Assembly: GCF_006345805.1 (NCBI RefSeq)
Contig: NC_042998.1
Span: 192,510,001-192,574,000, forward strand
Origin: Octopus sinensis
Taxonomy: Eukaryota
Reading direction: 5' to 3'
Length of the DNA stretch: 64,000 nt
Of this stretch, positions 49,815 to 62,849 are shown piece after piece; within the stretch, counting starts at the first letter, position 1, and every line of letters begins with the position of its first letter. The position numbers and the translations under genes were made by a program. The notes under the pieces were generated by a model. The model saw only the letters and a program-made list of their open reading frames with translations, was not told the origin of the DNA and made no database searches.

Positions 49815-50235
49815 TGTGAGGTAAGAAGCTTACTTCCCAACCACATGCTTCCAGGTTCAGTCCCACTGCGCAGAACCTTGAGCAAGTGTCTTCTACTATA
49901 ACCTTGGGCCAACCAAAGCCTTATGAGTGGATTTGGTAGAGGAAACTGAAAGAAGCCCATTTTATATATATATATATGTGTGTGTGTATGTGTGTGTGTG
50001 TGTGTATACATGTATGTGTGTGTGTGTATATGTTTGTGTGTCAGTGTGTCTGCTGCCCCCACCATTGCTTGACAACCGATGCTGGTGTGTCTATGTCCCT
50101 GTAACTTAGCGGTTCAGCAAAAGAGAGCGATAGAATAAGTACTAGGTTTACAAAGAATAAGTCCTGGGGTCGATTTATTCAACTAAAATGCAGTGCTCCA
50201 GCATGGCCACAGTCAAATGACTGAAACAAATAAAA
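49815..50235 (+). mobile_element. SINE family B
   Basis: Matches the B consensus. Confidence 0.8.
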
Positions 50236-50871
50236 GATATTTTACACACACCTGAACTAAATTTCAGCACACAAGACATTCAGTGACCATGGCTATAGTA
50301 GAAGACACCAGCTGACAATGTTCAAGCAGAGGAACCCTCATCCGTGTGATTTTGCAGTAAACTTCTTGACCACATAGCCATGTTTGCACCTCCAACTCTC
50401 CCATGTATTTCTAGACATCTTTAAATTCGAAAGCTGCAAACTCTTTATTGATTGCATCTGCTATCATTATATTTCAATTTTATAAATCTCATTATGGTAG
50501 AAACACATATGTTCCGAATATAGGAGTTCCACTCCAGCCATTCCTGCTCAAAATGCTTAATCTTGTGCTTTTATCAGAAAACAATAAGAAGCATTATTTA
50601 TTGACCTGGTTCCCATTATTTACTTTCAGTTTTTATTAATGAATGTACCTTAGCACAGACAATGAAATTGAGAAAGAACATGGCTCATAATTTTTTTATG
50701 GGTACCTACAACACAGAACTGGAAAACAATAAAGCTCTGATATTTTAATTTTCTAAGCCAACTTGCATCATTCTTGAGAATTCATAAATTCTTTAATCAT
50801 CATCATCATCATTATCATTATTTAACGTCCATATTTCATGCTAGCATGAGTTGGACGGTTTGACCAGGGTC

Positions 50872-51120
50872 GGAGAGCTGGTAGAAAAAGGCGGAGAGCT
50901 GGTAGAAATGTTAGCACGTCGGGCGAAATGCTTAGCGGTATTTCATCTGCCGTTACGTTGTGAGTCCAAATTCCGCCGAGGTTGACTTTACCTTTCATCC
51001 TTTCGGGGTCGATAAATTAAGTACCAGTTACGCACTGGGGTCGATGTAATCGACTTAATACCTATGTCTGTCCTTGTTTGTCCCTTCTATGTTTAGCCCC
51101 TTGTGGGTAATAAAGAAATA
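50872..51120 (+). mobile_element. SINE-A monomer nested in a family C copy, 15-bp TSD
   Basis: GGTTTGACCAGGGTC occurs at 50857-50871 and 51121-51135. The head is locally duplicated. Confidence 0.88.
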
Positions 51121-52289
51121 GGTTTGACCAGGGTCAGGGAAGCCAGGAGGCTGCACCAGGCTCCAATCTGATCTGGCAGTGTTTCTACAGCTGGATGCCC
51201 TTCCTAAGACCAACCACTCCGTGAGTGTAGTGGGTACTTTTTACGTACCAGTGGAGGCTGGCATCAGCCACGATCGGTTAGTGCTTTTTATGTGCCACCG
51301 GCACAGGTATCACAACTACAATTTCCAACAGAATGTAGTGGATACATAATATGCCATGTTCTGTCGACTAATATGTCTTTACCATAAGTCTTCTGTGTTC
51401 CAGTGTCACCTGCATTGTGTAGGATGCTTCTTTACCACATTATTATTCTGTTTTAGTTATTATTATTATTATTGTTTTGTTATTATAATTCTCTTTCTTT
51501 GAATAGACTGAACAGCAGCAGAGTTCCTTTATTTCATAATTACTTCCTTGATGCTACTTCTAACAACACGTACTGCATAGACAGATTTCAACAATTATTA
51601 ACCACCAAGTAATTTCCTTTAGATAGTGTCACCCAAGAATCAGTTTATACTAGAATAATTTCCATTTTCCTTCTAAAGTAAAGCCTTAGATTCTGTTTAA
51701 TAATTTCTCTTGATTACATAATCTAGCACTAACGGAAAATATAAGTCAAAATGTAAGTCAAAATATAAATTTCTTAGAGCCTGTTCCAGTTTCCATATTT
51801 GTTGCTTAAAATATGCCCCTGGGTACCAGTTTTGTCTTAATTTTGTATCAGGACACCCGAAAATTACTAACTTCGTTTATTATCAAATATTTCATTAATT
51901 TGAAAGAAACTAATGAATCAGACAGTCAGTGTTTATTCAATCTATGAAACAGAATTTAACTAAGATATGATGCAAATTATTTTCTTTTAGCAGTAACCGA
52001 ATATAGTTTTCACTTCTGTTATTAATATGAATGCAAATTTTCTATATGGTAATTCGTATCATATTTCCAGTTATGATTAATGAATCAATATTAAACCAAT
52101 TTAACAGAGGAGTAGTTTTAGCCTATATACGACTAGTTATATAGAAGTGTGTGTGTGTGTATGTATGAAACATGATATTAAAGCAGCAGTCATAAAGGCA
52201 ATTGATTTTAGTGAAACATTTAGAAATCAGGGCATTTTAATAAGTTGCTGTTGTGATTTGAGTGTAATATGATTTTACAAAGATGTTTA

Positions 52290-52612
52290 TTCTTTACCAC
52301 CCACAAGGGGCTAAACACAGAGAGGACAAACAAGGACAGATAAACGGAATAAGTTGATTACATCGACCCCCAGTGTGTAACTGTTCGCTTTCCAGACATT
52401 TTTACATTACTGCATATACTTTATATGCACTTTCTGACAAGTTGTGGTGCACCTGAGCACTGTATACAATAATTTCATTATTATTATTATTTTATCGACC
52501 CCGAAAGGATGTAAGGCAAAGTCAACCTCAGCGGAATTTGAACGTAACAGCTGACAAAATACGGCTATGCATTTCGCCCAGCGCGCTAACATTTCTGCCA
52601 GCTCGCCGCCTT
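52290..52612 (-). mobile_element. SINE-A with ~105-bp unrelated insert (~52385-52490)
   Basis: A sequence on both sides of the insert. A family F fragment follows at ~52615-52668. Confidence 0.7.
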
Positions 52613-53416
52613 AGAGAAAGTTGTGGCGAAAGAGTCAGCAGAAGTTTGCCGTTACATTCTGCCAGAGACGAGATGAAGTGGTTCAGTCTGTTAAATTACA
52701 GTGATTCCTCTCAAGAAAGACAGACTCATTTCATCAATAAGTATGTAAACAATTTTCAGAAAAGCCTTTTCAAAAGGTAAAGAAGGGAATTAACTTAATT
52801 ACATAATTATATAATTATAATTTTACGTGCCACCAGCACCAACTGATCGTGGATGCTGCCAGCCTCCCCTGGCACCAGTGCAGGTGGCACGTAAAAAGCG
52901 CCCACTACACTCACGGAGTAGTTAGCATTAGGAAGGGCATCCAGCTGTAGAAACACTGCCAGATCAGACTGGAACCTGGTGCAGCCTCCTGGCTTCTCAG
53001 ACCCCGGTCGAACCGTCCAACCTGTGCTAGCATGGAAAACGGACTTTAAATAATGATGATGATGATACACACACATAAATAAGTACACATATAAACAAAT
53101 AGGTAAACTAACGTAAATTTTATTGAGTTGGAAATAAAATTGCCACAGTTGTTTCTAAATTGTGTTAATGAGTGAATAACTGGAAAGGTAGTGGCATAAA
53201 TAAGTTAATAACATTCTCAACTAATTTTTGAACATGTTTAATTTGTGCTGGTCAAGAAAATTCCATGACCCCTAGTCTGTAAATATAACAGAGCAAAAAT
53301 GTGAAGCTTACTCTGTCCTTGGACTGGGTATGCTCCACCTAGCATAAACCCTGAACATTCTGTTTCAATTTATATAAGTATTATACTCATTATTATACAA
53401 CCAAATTATCCCTACA

Positions 53417-53722
53417 TGGAGGCACATGGCCTAGTGGTTAGAGTAGCAGACTCGTGGTCGAGGGATCGTGGGTTCAAATCTCAGACTGGGCAATGTGTCT
53501 GTTTATGAGCAAAACACCTAAGCTCCACGTGGCTCCGGCAGAAGGTAATGGCGAACTTCTGCTGGCTCTTTCGCCACAACTTTCTCTCAGTCTTTCTTCC
53601 TGCATCTTGCAGCTCACCTGCGATGGACCGGCATCCTGTCCAGGTGGGGAACCTATACGCCAAGGAAACCGGGAAACCGGCCCTTATGAGCCAGGCATGG
53701 CTCGAGAAGGAACAAACAACAA
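53417..53722 (+). mobile_element. SINE family F (tRNA-Arg-like head), full length
   Basis: GGCACATGGCCTAGTGGTTAGAG...GGGTTCAAATCTC, with an AACAAACAACAA tail. Confidence 0.8.
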
Positions 53723-55256
53723 ATTATCCCCATCCATGTCCCAATTTTATATACCACCTTCTCGATGCTCTTATGTGCATAATATTCCATATCCAAAATT
53801 CCTTCAACCATAAAGATGTTTTTATTTTAATTTTCTCAAGTAAATATATTAAAATTTTAAAGTGAGTATTTTTTTTATGAAAAATTTTTTTTTGAAGATG
53901 TTTTAAAGAATTCTTGAAGAACTACATAATGAACAGTTTTTTTTTTTTTTTTCAAGGGTCTTTTTTCTGAGGACCTGCTGTTTAAAACTGCATGAATATA
54001 TTTTAGGCAGGAAATATCACTTGAGAATTATTCCAAAGTTCTTGAAAAAAAAGTCCTAATTTCATAAACTATTGGTTTTGTCATTACCACATTTAGCACT
54101 TCCTGCAGCAGTACCACTATTATTGCTATTATCATTATTATTATTATTTTTAAATTATTTTTATTATTATTATTATCATGGTTTACTATTATTACCATCA
54201 CGCTCTATTTATATTCATATTTATAATATCTATTTTTACTTAATATTTTCTATATTTATTTCCACTATCCCACGCATCATTCCAATATCTTTAATAGATT
54301 TTTTTTCATTCGTTATTTCTACTTTTTCATTATTTCATGTTTTACTTTTTCACATCCTTCATTTCATTTCTTCCATGTTTTATAGGTATATATCTATATA
54401 TTACATTTTATTCCGACACACCTATCAGTGTATTATTAACATCACTCTTGCCTATCTATCTAGGTTCACATAGCTTCACATATTTATACATATATTATAA
54501 TTATTTTCCTTTGCACATTTTTTTTTTCCTATATTTTTCCTATTTGCCATTTTATTATCACACCCACGAACAACAGCGTCAGTCTTAGAAATTCTCAGCA
54601 TGCAGTTTCATTATTATTCCACATTCTTTGTTGCCAAACACAGCCAAGGTTAAAATTATGTTTCTGTATCTATATGTTCATCTCTTAAATTGATATTTTC
54701 TCACCGATTTATTTATTTATGTAAATTGTACAATGTTAAATATTGTATATGAACAATTTCCAAACACTTTGCAAGCAGTCATCTGAGGATCAGGTTTGTG
54801 AAAATCTGGTGACAGCTTGCAAAATACAACACTGAATAGAATCTATTTTTCTTCTATTCTCTCCCTCTATATTACACACTCAGCGAGGTCATTGCCAGTA
54901 CCACATGACTGGGCCCCGTGCCAGTGGCACGTAAAAGCACCCACTACACTCTCAGAGTGGTTGGCGTTAGGAAGGGCATCCAGCTGTAGAAACTCTGCCA
55001 GATCAAGACTGGAGCTTGGTGCAGCCATCTGGTTTATCAGCCCACGTTCGGAGGGTGCTTTTTTACGAGCCACTGGCACAGGTATCACAACTACAATTTC
55101 CATTAGATATTTATTTTGATATTGATGTACTTGACTCCTCAAGCACAGCAGGTCCCCCTACGATTCAAGGTAAGCACAGCAGGTCGTTCTGCAATCCAAG
55201 GTACTTTGGATGGGCTGGGGCTATGTGAAACCGGTGCAGGAAACAGCCATAACCTC

Positions 55257-55328
55257 ACATTATTTGTCGGGTCTTTACAGCATATCTCCAGAGATATGCT
55301 GTGACTGCAAAGACCCGACAAATAATGT
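55257..55328. other. 72-nt near-perfect hairpin
   Basis: ACATTATTTGTCGGGTCTTT pairs with AAAGACCCGACAAATAATGT (20/20). The inner ACAGCATATCT pairs with AGATATGCTGT (11/11). There is a 6-nt bulge. Confidence 0.85.
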
Positions 55329-55410
55329 CGATAAACAATATTTACAATAAATTATGTATGTATGTATGTATGTATGTATGTATGTATATATGTATGTATA
55401 TATGTATGTA

Positions 55411-55665
55411 CATGACTTGCAGCTTCTCCTTCAGGATTTTGTGTGACTTGAACGCTCCAGGATTTTCGGAATGGTAGACAAGGAGCCGCTCAATCTTCAA
55501 GTCTCCGCTCGCATTGGCACAAAGTGTGAGAGTTAGCCTATTTTTCACACACTTGTGGCCTGGCATTTTATTCTTCTCTGCAGTTACATAGATTCTTTGG
55601 GCATTTTTTCCCCAACAAAGGCCAGTTTCATCACAGTTAAATACTTGTTGTGTGATGTACTCCTA
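55411..55665 (-). mobile_element. Tigger/pogo transposase (DDE_1) remnant
   Basis: QQVFNCDETGL...MPGHKCVKNRLTLTLCANASGD...LLVYHSENP. Confidence 0.88.
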
Positions 55666-56044
55666 TATACGTTCTGAGTTCAAATTCCGCCGAGGTCGAC
55701 TTTGCCTTTCATCCTTTCGGGGTCAATTAAATAAGTACCAGTTACGCACTGGGGTCGATATAATCAACTTAATCCGTTTGTCTGTCCTTGTTTGTTCCTT
55801 CTGTGTTTAGCCCCTTGTGGGTAGTAAAGAAATATATATATATATAAAGTGGGGAGAGTTTATGAAAAAAACAAAAGACGAAGACAGGTGGTGTACAAAA
55901 TATATAGTGCATGTGTTTATTTGGCAAAAAAATTTTTAAATAAATAATGAATAAAAGGACCATCCCAAAATAAAACAATGTCTGTTTCAACACACAACTT
56001 CATATCAGGAATCTTGCAAAAGGAATTATGCATATATATATATA

Positions 56045-56428
56045 TCTGGCATCCTTGCTGTGGGCACGTAACAAACACCATCCGATCGTGACCGTTTGCC
56101 AGCCTCATCTGGCACCTGTGTCGGTGGCACATAAAAACACCATCCGAGCGTGGCTGTCTGCCAGCCTCGTCTGGCACCTGTGTCGGTGGCACATAAAAAA
56201 CACCATCCGAGCGTGGCCGTTCGCCAGCCTCGTCTGGCACCTGTGTCGGTGGCACATAAAATCACCCACTACACTCTCGGAGTGGTTGGCGTTAGGAAGG
56301 GCATCCAGCTGTAGAAACACTGCCAGATCTGACTGGCCTGGTGTAGCCTTCGGGCTCCCCAGACCCCAGTTGAACCGTCCAACCCATGCTAGCATGGAAA
56401 GCGGACGTTAAATGATGATGATGATGAT
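56045..56428 (+). mobile_element. Family C copy with ~4 tandem 61-bp modules
   Basis: Repeated GTGTCGGTGGCACATAAAAACACCATCCGAGCGTGG...GCCAGCCTCGTCTGGCACCT, then the shared 3' body and (GAT)n. Confidence 0.85.
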
Positions 56429-56916
56429 ATATATATGTGTGTGTGTATATGTACATCTAAGTTTGTGTATGTGTGCATGTGTTTACATACATGTACCTGT
56501 AGGTATAAGCACACCAATAAATACATATGATTTATGCATAACCCATTATGGGCACATATATACACACATATATATCACAAATGGACAATAGTGCCAGAAT
56601 AAATGCTGACATTGATGCAGTGATATTTCTTCTCAATTAAGATTAATGGTAGAATCCATTTGAATAAATGTTAGAATCTGAGAAATATAAATAACATTGA
56701 CTAGTGTCTTAAAATGAGATGTCCCTTCTAATGGCAGGACACTGATGCAATTACATCTACAGTGAAATGAAATCCTGTCATGAATGTAAGGGCTATTTAT
56801 TATAGATACATACATTATATATATATATATATTATATATATATATATATACATATATATATACATATATATATACATATATATAATATATATATATATTT
56901 TACATTATATATACAA

Positions 56917-56963
<47 letters not shown>

Positions 56964-57282
56964 TATATATTTACATAAATATATTTATATATATATATAT
57001 ATGTACGTATAGCACACTTACATAAAGAGAGTGGGAGAGAAAAACAAAGAAATTAGCCAGGGAACAAGTCGGATGAATAGGTCATGTAAAAGTACTTAAG
57101 AAGGACACAAATCTTTCTTTGTGAGCTCTTATCCCCAATGTCTACATTTTTGGCACGTGTAATAAATATATGATGGCATCATCGTCATCATCATCGTCAT
57201 AATCGTTTAACGTCTGTTCTTTATGCTGGCATGGGGTGGACAGTTTGACAGGAACTAACTAGCTGGACCTCCACTTGTATTT

Positions 57283-58053
57283 TGGTGCAGTGATCTGGTA
57301 GAAACGTTAGCACGCCGGGCGAAATGCTTACCAGTATTTCACCTGCCGCTACGTTCTGAGTTCAAATTCCGCTGAGGTCGACTTTGCCTTTCATCCTTTC
57401 CGGGTCGATTAAATAAGTACCAGTTACTCACTGGGGTCAATATAATCAACTTAATCCGTTTGTCCTCTCTGTGTTTAGCCCCTTGTGGGTAGTAAAGAAA
57501 TTTGTATTTCGTCTGCCGTTATGTTCTGAATTCAAATTCCGTCGAGGTCGACTTTGCTTTTCATACTTTCGGGGTCGATTAAATAAGTACCAGTTACGCA
57601 CTGAGGTCAATATAATTGACTTAATTCGTTTGTCTGTCCTTGTTTGTCCTCTCTGTGTTTAGCCCCTTGTGGGTAGCAAAGAAATAGGTATTTCGTCTGC
57701 TGCTACGTTCTGAGTTCAAATTCCACCGAGGTCGACTTTGCCTTTCATCCTTTCGGGGTCGATTAAATAAGTACCAGTTACACACTGGGTCGATATAATC
57801 GACTTAATCTGTTTGTCTGTCCTTGTTTGTCCTCTCTGTGTTTAGCCCCTTGTGGGTAGTAAAGAAATAGGTATTTCGTCTGCCGTTATGTTCTGAATTC
57901 AAATTCCGCCGAGGTCGACTTTGTCTTTCATCCTTTCGGTATCGATTAAATAAGTACCAGTTATGCACTGGGGTCGATATGATCGACTTAATCCATTTGT
58001 CTGTCCTTGTTTGTTCTCTCTGTGCTTAGCCCCTTATGGGTAGTAAAGAAATA
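57283..58053 (+). mobile_element. SINE-A tetramer
   Basis: Unit junctions at ~57501, 57687 and 57870. No TSD seen. Confidence 0.88.
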
Positions 58054-58054
58054 G

Positions 58055-58385
58055 GATTAATAAGGACATTCTTTTTTGATGGCACCTTAATTGATCCCAT
58101 TTATATGAACTTCTTGCAACAATCTGTCATACCAAGCATTCAAGAGAACTCTGATGATGTGGAGTTTATTTCCAGCAAGATGGGGATAGCTGTACCTTCC
58201 TACATACACTTCTATAGTAATATAAGGGCTTGAGATTTGGACAAAGAGATTCTGTAGAATACCTTCTGCATTCAATGGACCTCACATCACTAAACCTTTT
58301 TTATAGTGAAGCTTAATTGATAAAGTTTACAGAACAAAACTGGCAATAGTCTCACAACTTGTGGGCAGCCTTTGAACAAGAATGG
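58055..58385 (+). mobile_element. Decayed Tc1/mariner transposase fragment
   Basis: IRTFFFDGTLIDPIYMNFLQQSVIP...QQDG pattern with frameshifts, followed by degenerate downstream motifs. Confidence 0.6.
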
Positions 58386-58424
58386 TGTGTGTAATAGTTG
58401 TGAATGTTTGTGATTCCATTATCA

Positions 58425-58950
58425 TCATCATCATCATCATCATCATCATCGTTTAACGTCCGTTTTCCGCGCTAGCACGGGTTGGACGGTTCGACCGGGG
58501 TCGGGAAGCCAGGGGCTGCTCCAGGCTCCAGGCTCCAGTCTGATCTGGCAGAGTTTCTACGGCTGGATGCCCTTCCTAACGCCAACCACTCCACGAGTGT
58601 AGTGGGTGCTTTTTACGTGCCACCTGCACAGGTGCCAGGAGGGGTCCAGCATCGGTCACAATCGGATGGGCTTTTAATGTGCCAGCGGCACGGAAGCCAG
58701 CCAAGGTGGCGCTGGCAACGTTCGGATACCCACAAGGGGCTAAACATAGAGGGGACAAACAAGGACAGACAAACGGATTAAGTAGATTACATCGACCCCA
58801 GTGCGTAACTGGTGCTTAATTTATCGACCCCGAAAGGATGAAAGGCAAAGTCAACCTTGGCGGAATTTGAACTCAGAACGTAACGGCAGACGAAATACGG
58901 CTACGCATTTTGCCCGGCGTGCTAACGGTTCTGCCAGCTCACCGCCTTAA
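58425..58950 (-). mobile_element. Chimeric SINE-A (5') + family C (3') insertion
   Basis: A-to-C junction at ~58727. TTGTGATTCCATTATCA flanks the whole element (58408-58424, 58951-58967). Confidence 0.85.
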
Positions 58951-59615
58951 TTGTGATTCCATTATCAGCAGTGCTTAAACCTGAACAGCCATCAGTGTGA
59001 AAACTGGCATTCATAAAAAAAGAAAAATAATTAAGTTGTTTCTAGATTGTATTAAACTTTGAAAATGAAATATAAGCACTGACTTTTTAATCATTCAATC
59101 TGTCTATATCCTCCATGTGTGTGTGTATGTGTAATGCAGTGAATGGCCTTCTTACAGGTTTGCCTTTCATCCTTTCGGGGTTGATTAAATAAGTACCAGT
59201 TACGCACTGGGGTGGATATAATCAACATAATCCATTTGTCTGTCCTTGTTTGTCCCCTCAGTGTTTAGTCCCTTGTGGGCAATAAAGAAATAAGATTAAT
59301 AAGGACATTCTTTTTTGGTGGCTCTTTAGGAAGAAATGTCAAAGGTTAGTTCCAGTTTTAAAAACAAATCATTTCACGTCACCTGAAGTTTCTGAATTCT
59401 TATAACACACACATATACACACAAAGTAGCATTTTGAGTAATTACATAATTTAGATGTGTATGTGGAAGAATATATGTGTGAATGATATAAAAGTTAAAT
59501 AAGGATAATTAAAATTCTTACACTCAAAGATATTTGAACTGGTAACAAGTCTATATTTACACAAATCACTGCTTAGTGCTTCAAATCTGTATTTTACTAC
59601 AGCTGGGCAGCTTGT

Positions 59616-59632
59616 TAGCGCCACCTGTCGCA
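59616..59632 (-). promoter_or_regulatory. Candidate CTCF-like site
   Basis: TGCGACAGGTGGCGCTA has the AGGTGGCGCTA core of the CTCF consensus, in unique AT-rich DNA. Confidence 0.3.
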
Positions 59633-62002
59633 GTATTTCGACTGAAATCTAAATAAGAGAAACCTAGTCTTGTAGTCAGTTCAGGGTAGCCTTTCTTTCC
59701 AGTGTCTGATGCTGAAAAGAAGATTACTTTGAAATGCATGCATTCATTGATCTGGGTAGAGGGCACTCTGAATTGACCTGGGATGCTTACACCTTTTTGT
59801 TTACACCAAGAATATGTCTTCATGACAAAATATAGTGGATGGCCTTCGTACAGGTCTGAATATGTCCCAAACATATTTGAAGTAGTAAGAAGTTTGTATT
59901 CTTATAAACACACGCAATATATATTCATATACAGGGTGCCAGTACCGCCTTGACTGGCACGTAAAAGCACCCACTACACTCTCGGAGTAGTTGGCGTTAG
60001 GAAGGGCATCCAGCTGTAGAAACTCTGCCAGATCAAGATTGGAGCCTTGTGCAGCTATCTGGTTCGCCAGCCCTCAGTCAAAATTGTCCAACCCATGCTA
60101 GCATGGAAAGCGGACGTTGCACACATACATGCACATGTACACACTCATGGAAACTGATAGAAGCTCATTGTGTGTGTGTGTGTTTGTGTTGTTTGTCACT
60201 CACACACACACACACAAACATAGATACATACATACACATATGTGTGTGCATATGTCTGTGTGTCTGTGTTTGTCCCCCCCCCCAACATCGCTTGACAACC
60301 GATGCTGGTGTGTTTATGTCCCCGTAACTTAGTGGTTCGGAAAAAGAGACCGATAGAATAAGTACTAGGCTTACGAAGAATAAGTCCCGGGGTCGATTTG
60401 CTCGACACAAAAGGCAGTGCTCCAGCATGGCCACAGTCACATGACTGAAACAAGTAAAAAGAGTATATAACAGTATCATATGAACATGTTTTGTACATAC
60501 ATATGATAACATGTAAATATTAGGCTTAAAAAAACCCTTTGGGTAGAAATGTCAAAGGTGAGTTCCAGTTTTAAAAACAAATCATTTCACATCACCTGAA
60601 GTTTCTGAATTCTTATTACACACACATATAGACAAAGTAGCATTTTGAGTAATTACATAACTTAGATGTGTATGTGGAAGAATATATGTGCGAATGATAT
60701 AAAAGTTAAATAAGGATAATTAAAATAACAGTTATACTTGTATCTCATAGATATGTATATAAATGCTAGCGAAAAATATTGCAAAGAAAAATATTTATAA
60801 ACTAAAAGAAAAAGATAAATCAATAGAAATGAGTATGTATGCATAGACATAGAAAGTGAGTGTTAGAGTATATTATATTTATTTGTCTAAATCCAATTAC
60901 TGTTTCTTTATCTTCTACATTAACACAGTCAGACGCAGCGTCGACTGCTCACAATTTGATTGGCTAACACAGACTATGAAGTAGGATGATTTCATTTGAT
61001 TAAATGGCAAAATTCTGGTAGTAAAATAACTTTTACTCATCTTGATAGCAGAAATAATTTTCGCTTGACTTGATAAAGTTTGCCTTGAGGATTCCTTGAT
61101 CTTCTCTGTGTTACATGCTGCGTGCAAAGAAAGTTTCTCCTAAGGAGGCATGACAGACTATACTTGAGTTGTTAGAAGTTAGTATTTTGACTTGATTTTT
61201 ACATGCTGAGTTTCGTATTACCTGGTGAGTCAGCTGTAGGCTGTGGGTTCAGTTATATTGAAGTATGAAACCACAAGTAAAAGAATACGCTTGAAAATTT
61301 GAAAGTTTAAATTTATTTCCATGGTGGCATAATGAGAAGTTTTTTTTCATTCCTATTTGAGATTCTGTTATTATTATCCATCATGAAGAACTTTCCAGTG
61401 TACTTTCCGGTCTGTTAATCATTACACTGGAATCCCTAACTAAGCCAAATGGTTAAGATATGGGACATTCCAGATCTAAACTACAAACACATAGCATCTC
61501 ATCTTTACTGGAAGCACCATTTGCTTCCATCCTCATACATCACAAAACTCCTCAAGTCTTTTATGTTGTATGCTCTTTCATTCATATACCTTTCCTCCAT
61601 TGCTTTCACAAGTCATAATCAACTCAACGATCAGGGCATATCTCACATGCACACACACACATGAATATACACGCACACACAGCCAACCCTGTACTAGGGC
61701 TGTTTCAGGTTCCAGGATTTCACATTTAGGAAAATTGTAAAGTATGGCCCCTAATTTGAGACAGTTGCTGAAAGAATTATTACAGTATGTTAACAAAGCA
61801 TAAGCTTGATGAATAAAATATAGTTTGTTGAAGATTTTTGTGTGAAGAAATAGATTAGGGATAATGCGTATATCATTCAAGGCATCCTTATATTAACTCA
61901 TCTCAATCTATTTTACTGGCTTACTTGAGTTATTTCCTTTACCTCACTAATCTATATATATATATATATATATACATACATACATATATATATATATATC
62001 TT

Positions 62003-62326
62003 GACTGGCTTCCGTGCTGTGGGCACGTAACAAACACCATCCAATCGTGGCCGTGCCAGCCTCACCTGGCCTCCGTGCCGGTGGCACGTAAAAAACACCA
62101 TCCGAGCGTGGCCGTTCGCCAGCCTCGTCTGGCACCTGTGTCGGTGGCACATAAAAAGCACCCACTACACTCACGGAGTGGTTGGCATTAGGAAGGGCAT
62201 TCAGCTGTAGAAACTCTGCCAGATCTGACTGGCCTGGTGCAGCCTTCGGGCTTCCCAGACCCCAGTTGAACCGTCCAACCCATGCTAGCATGGAAAGCGG
62301 ACGTTAAATGATGATGATGATGATGA

Positions 62327-62330
<4 letters not shown>
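62003..62330 (+). mobile_element. Family C copy with 3 tandem modules
   Basis: Same module and 3' body as 56045-56428. Confidence 0.85.
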
Positions 62331-62373
<43 letters not shown>

Positions 62374-62849
62374 TGAGGTTGTGTGTGTGTGTAAACCCAC
62401 ATAACTTCTGAAGTTCCCAACTGCTCTCCAAATTGGAAACATACATTACTTATGTTCCAGAGATGATTTTAGACTCTTAAAAGTTTTCACATAATGAGTA
62501 GCAGGCCCCCTAGGAGCAGAAAACACCCTTTCCTGGGCTACATAGATCCGGGAGGTAATTCTTTATGAAATAACTTTCAGATATACATTGTCTCCCTTAC
62601 ATCCAGTGTGATTAATCCACTGAATGCTTTTTCATCTTTTTAAAATATTGATAGTAATTAATGTTTTTATTGACAATTAATTCCTAACATAACAGTGTCA
62701 TCTCAGTTCACTGTATGTATTTCTTAAAATTAGCTAAGATATTGATATGTACCTTTTTTTCTTGTCATTTCTTTACTAATGTACAATTGTCATCTCATTT
62801 TATTACATATTTCTTGACACAATGTCTCCAAAGAGGAGAACCTTGATTG

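Noticed and set aside
53521-53556. HDV-like ribozyme in SINE E/F (AGC-UCCACGUG-GCU resembles P3/L3; GGUAAUGGCGAA resembles HDV J4/2)
   Set aside because: No upstream P1 partner or P2, and the segment aligns with the CORE-like region of family D. Only the simple pseudoknot is supported.
59581-59874. 97-aa ORF in unique sequence
   Set aside because: No domain similarity recognised and no convincing splice sites.
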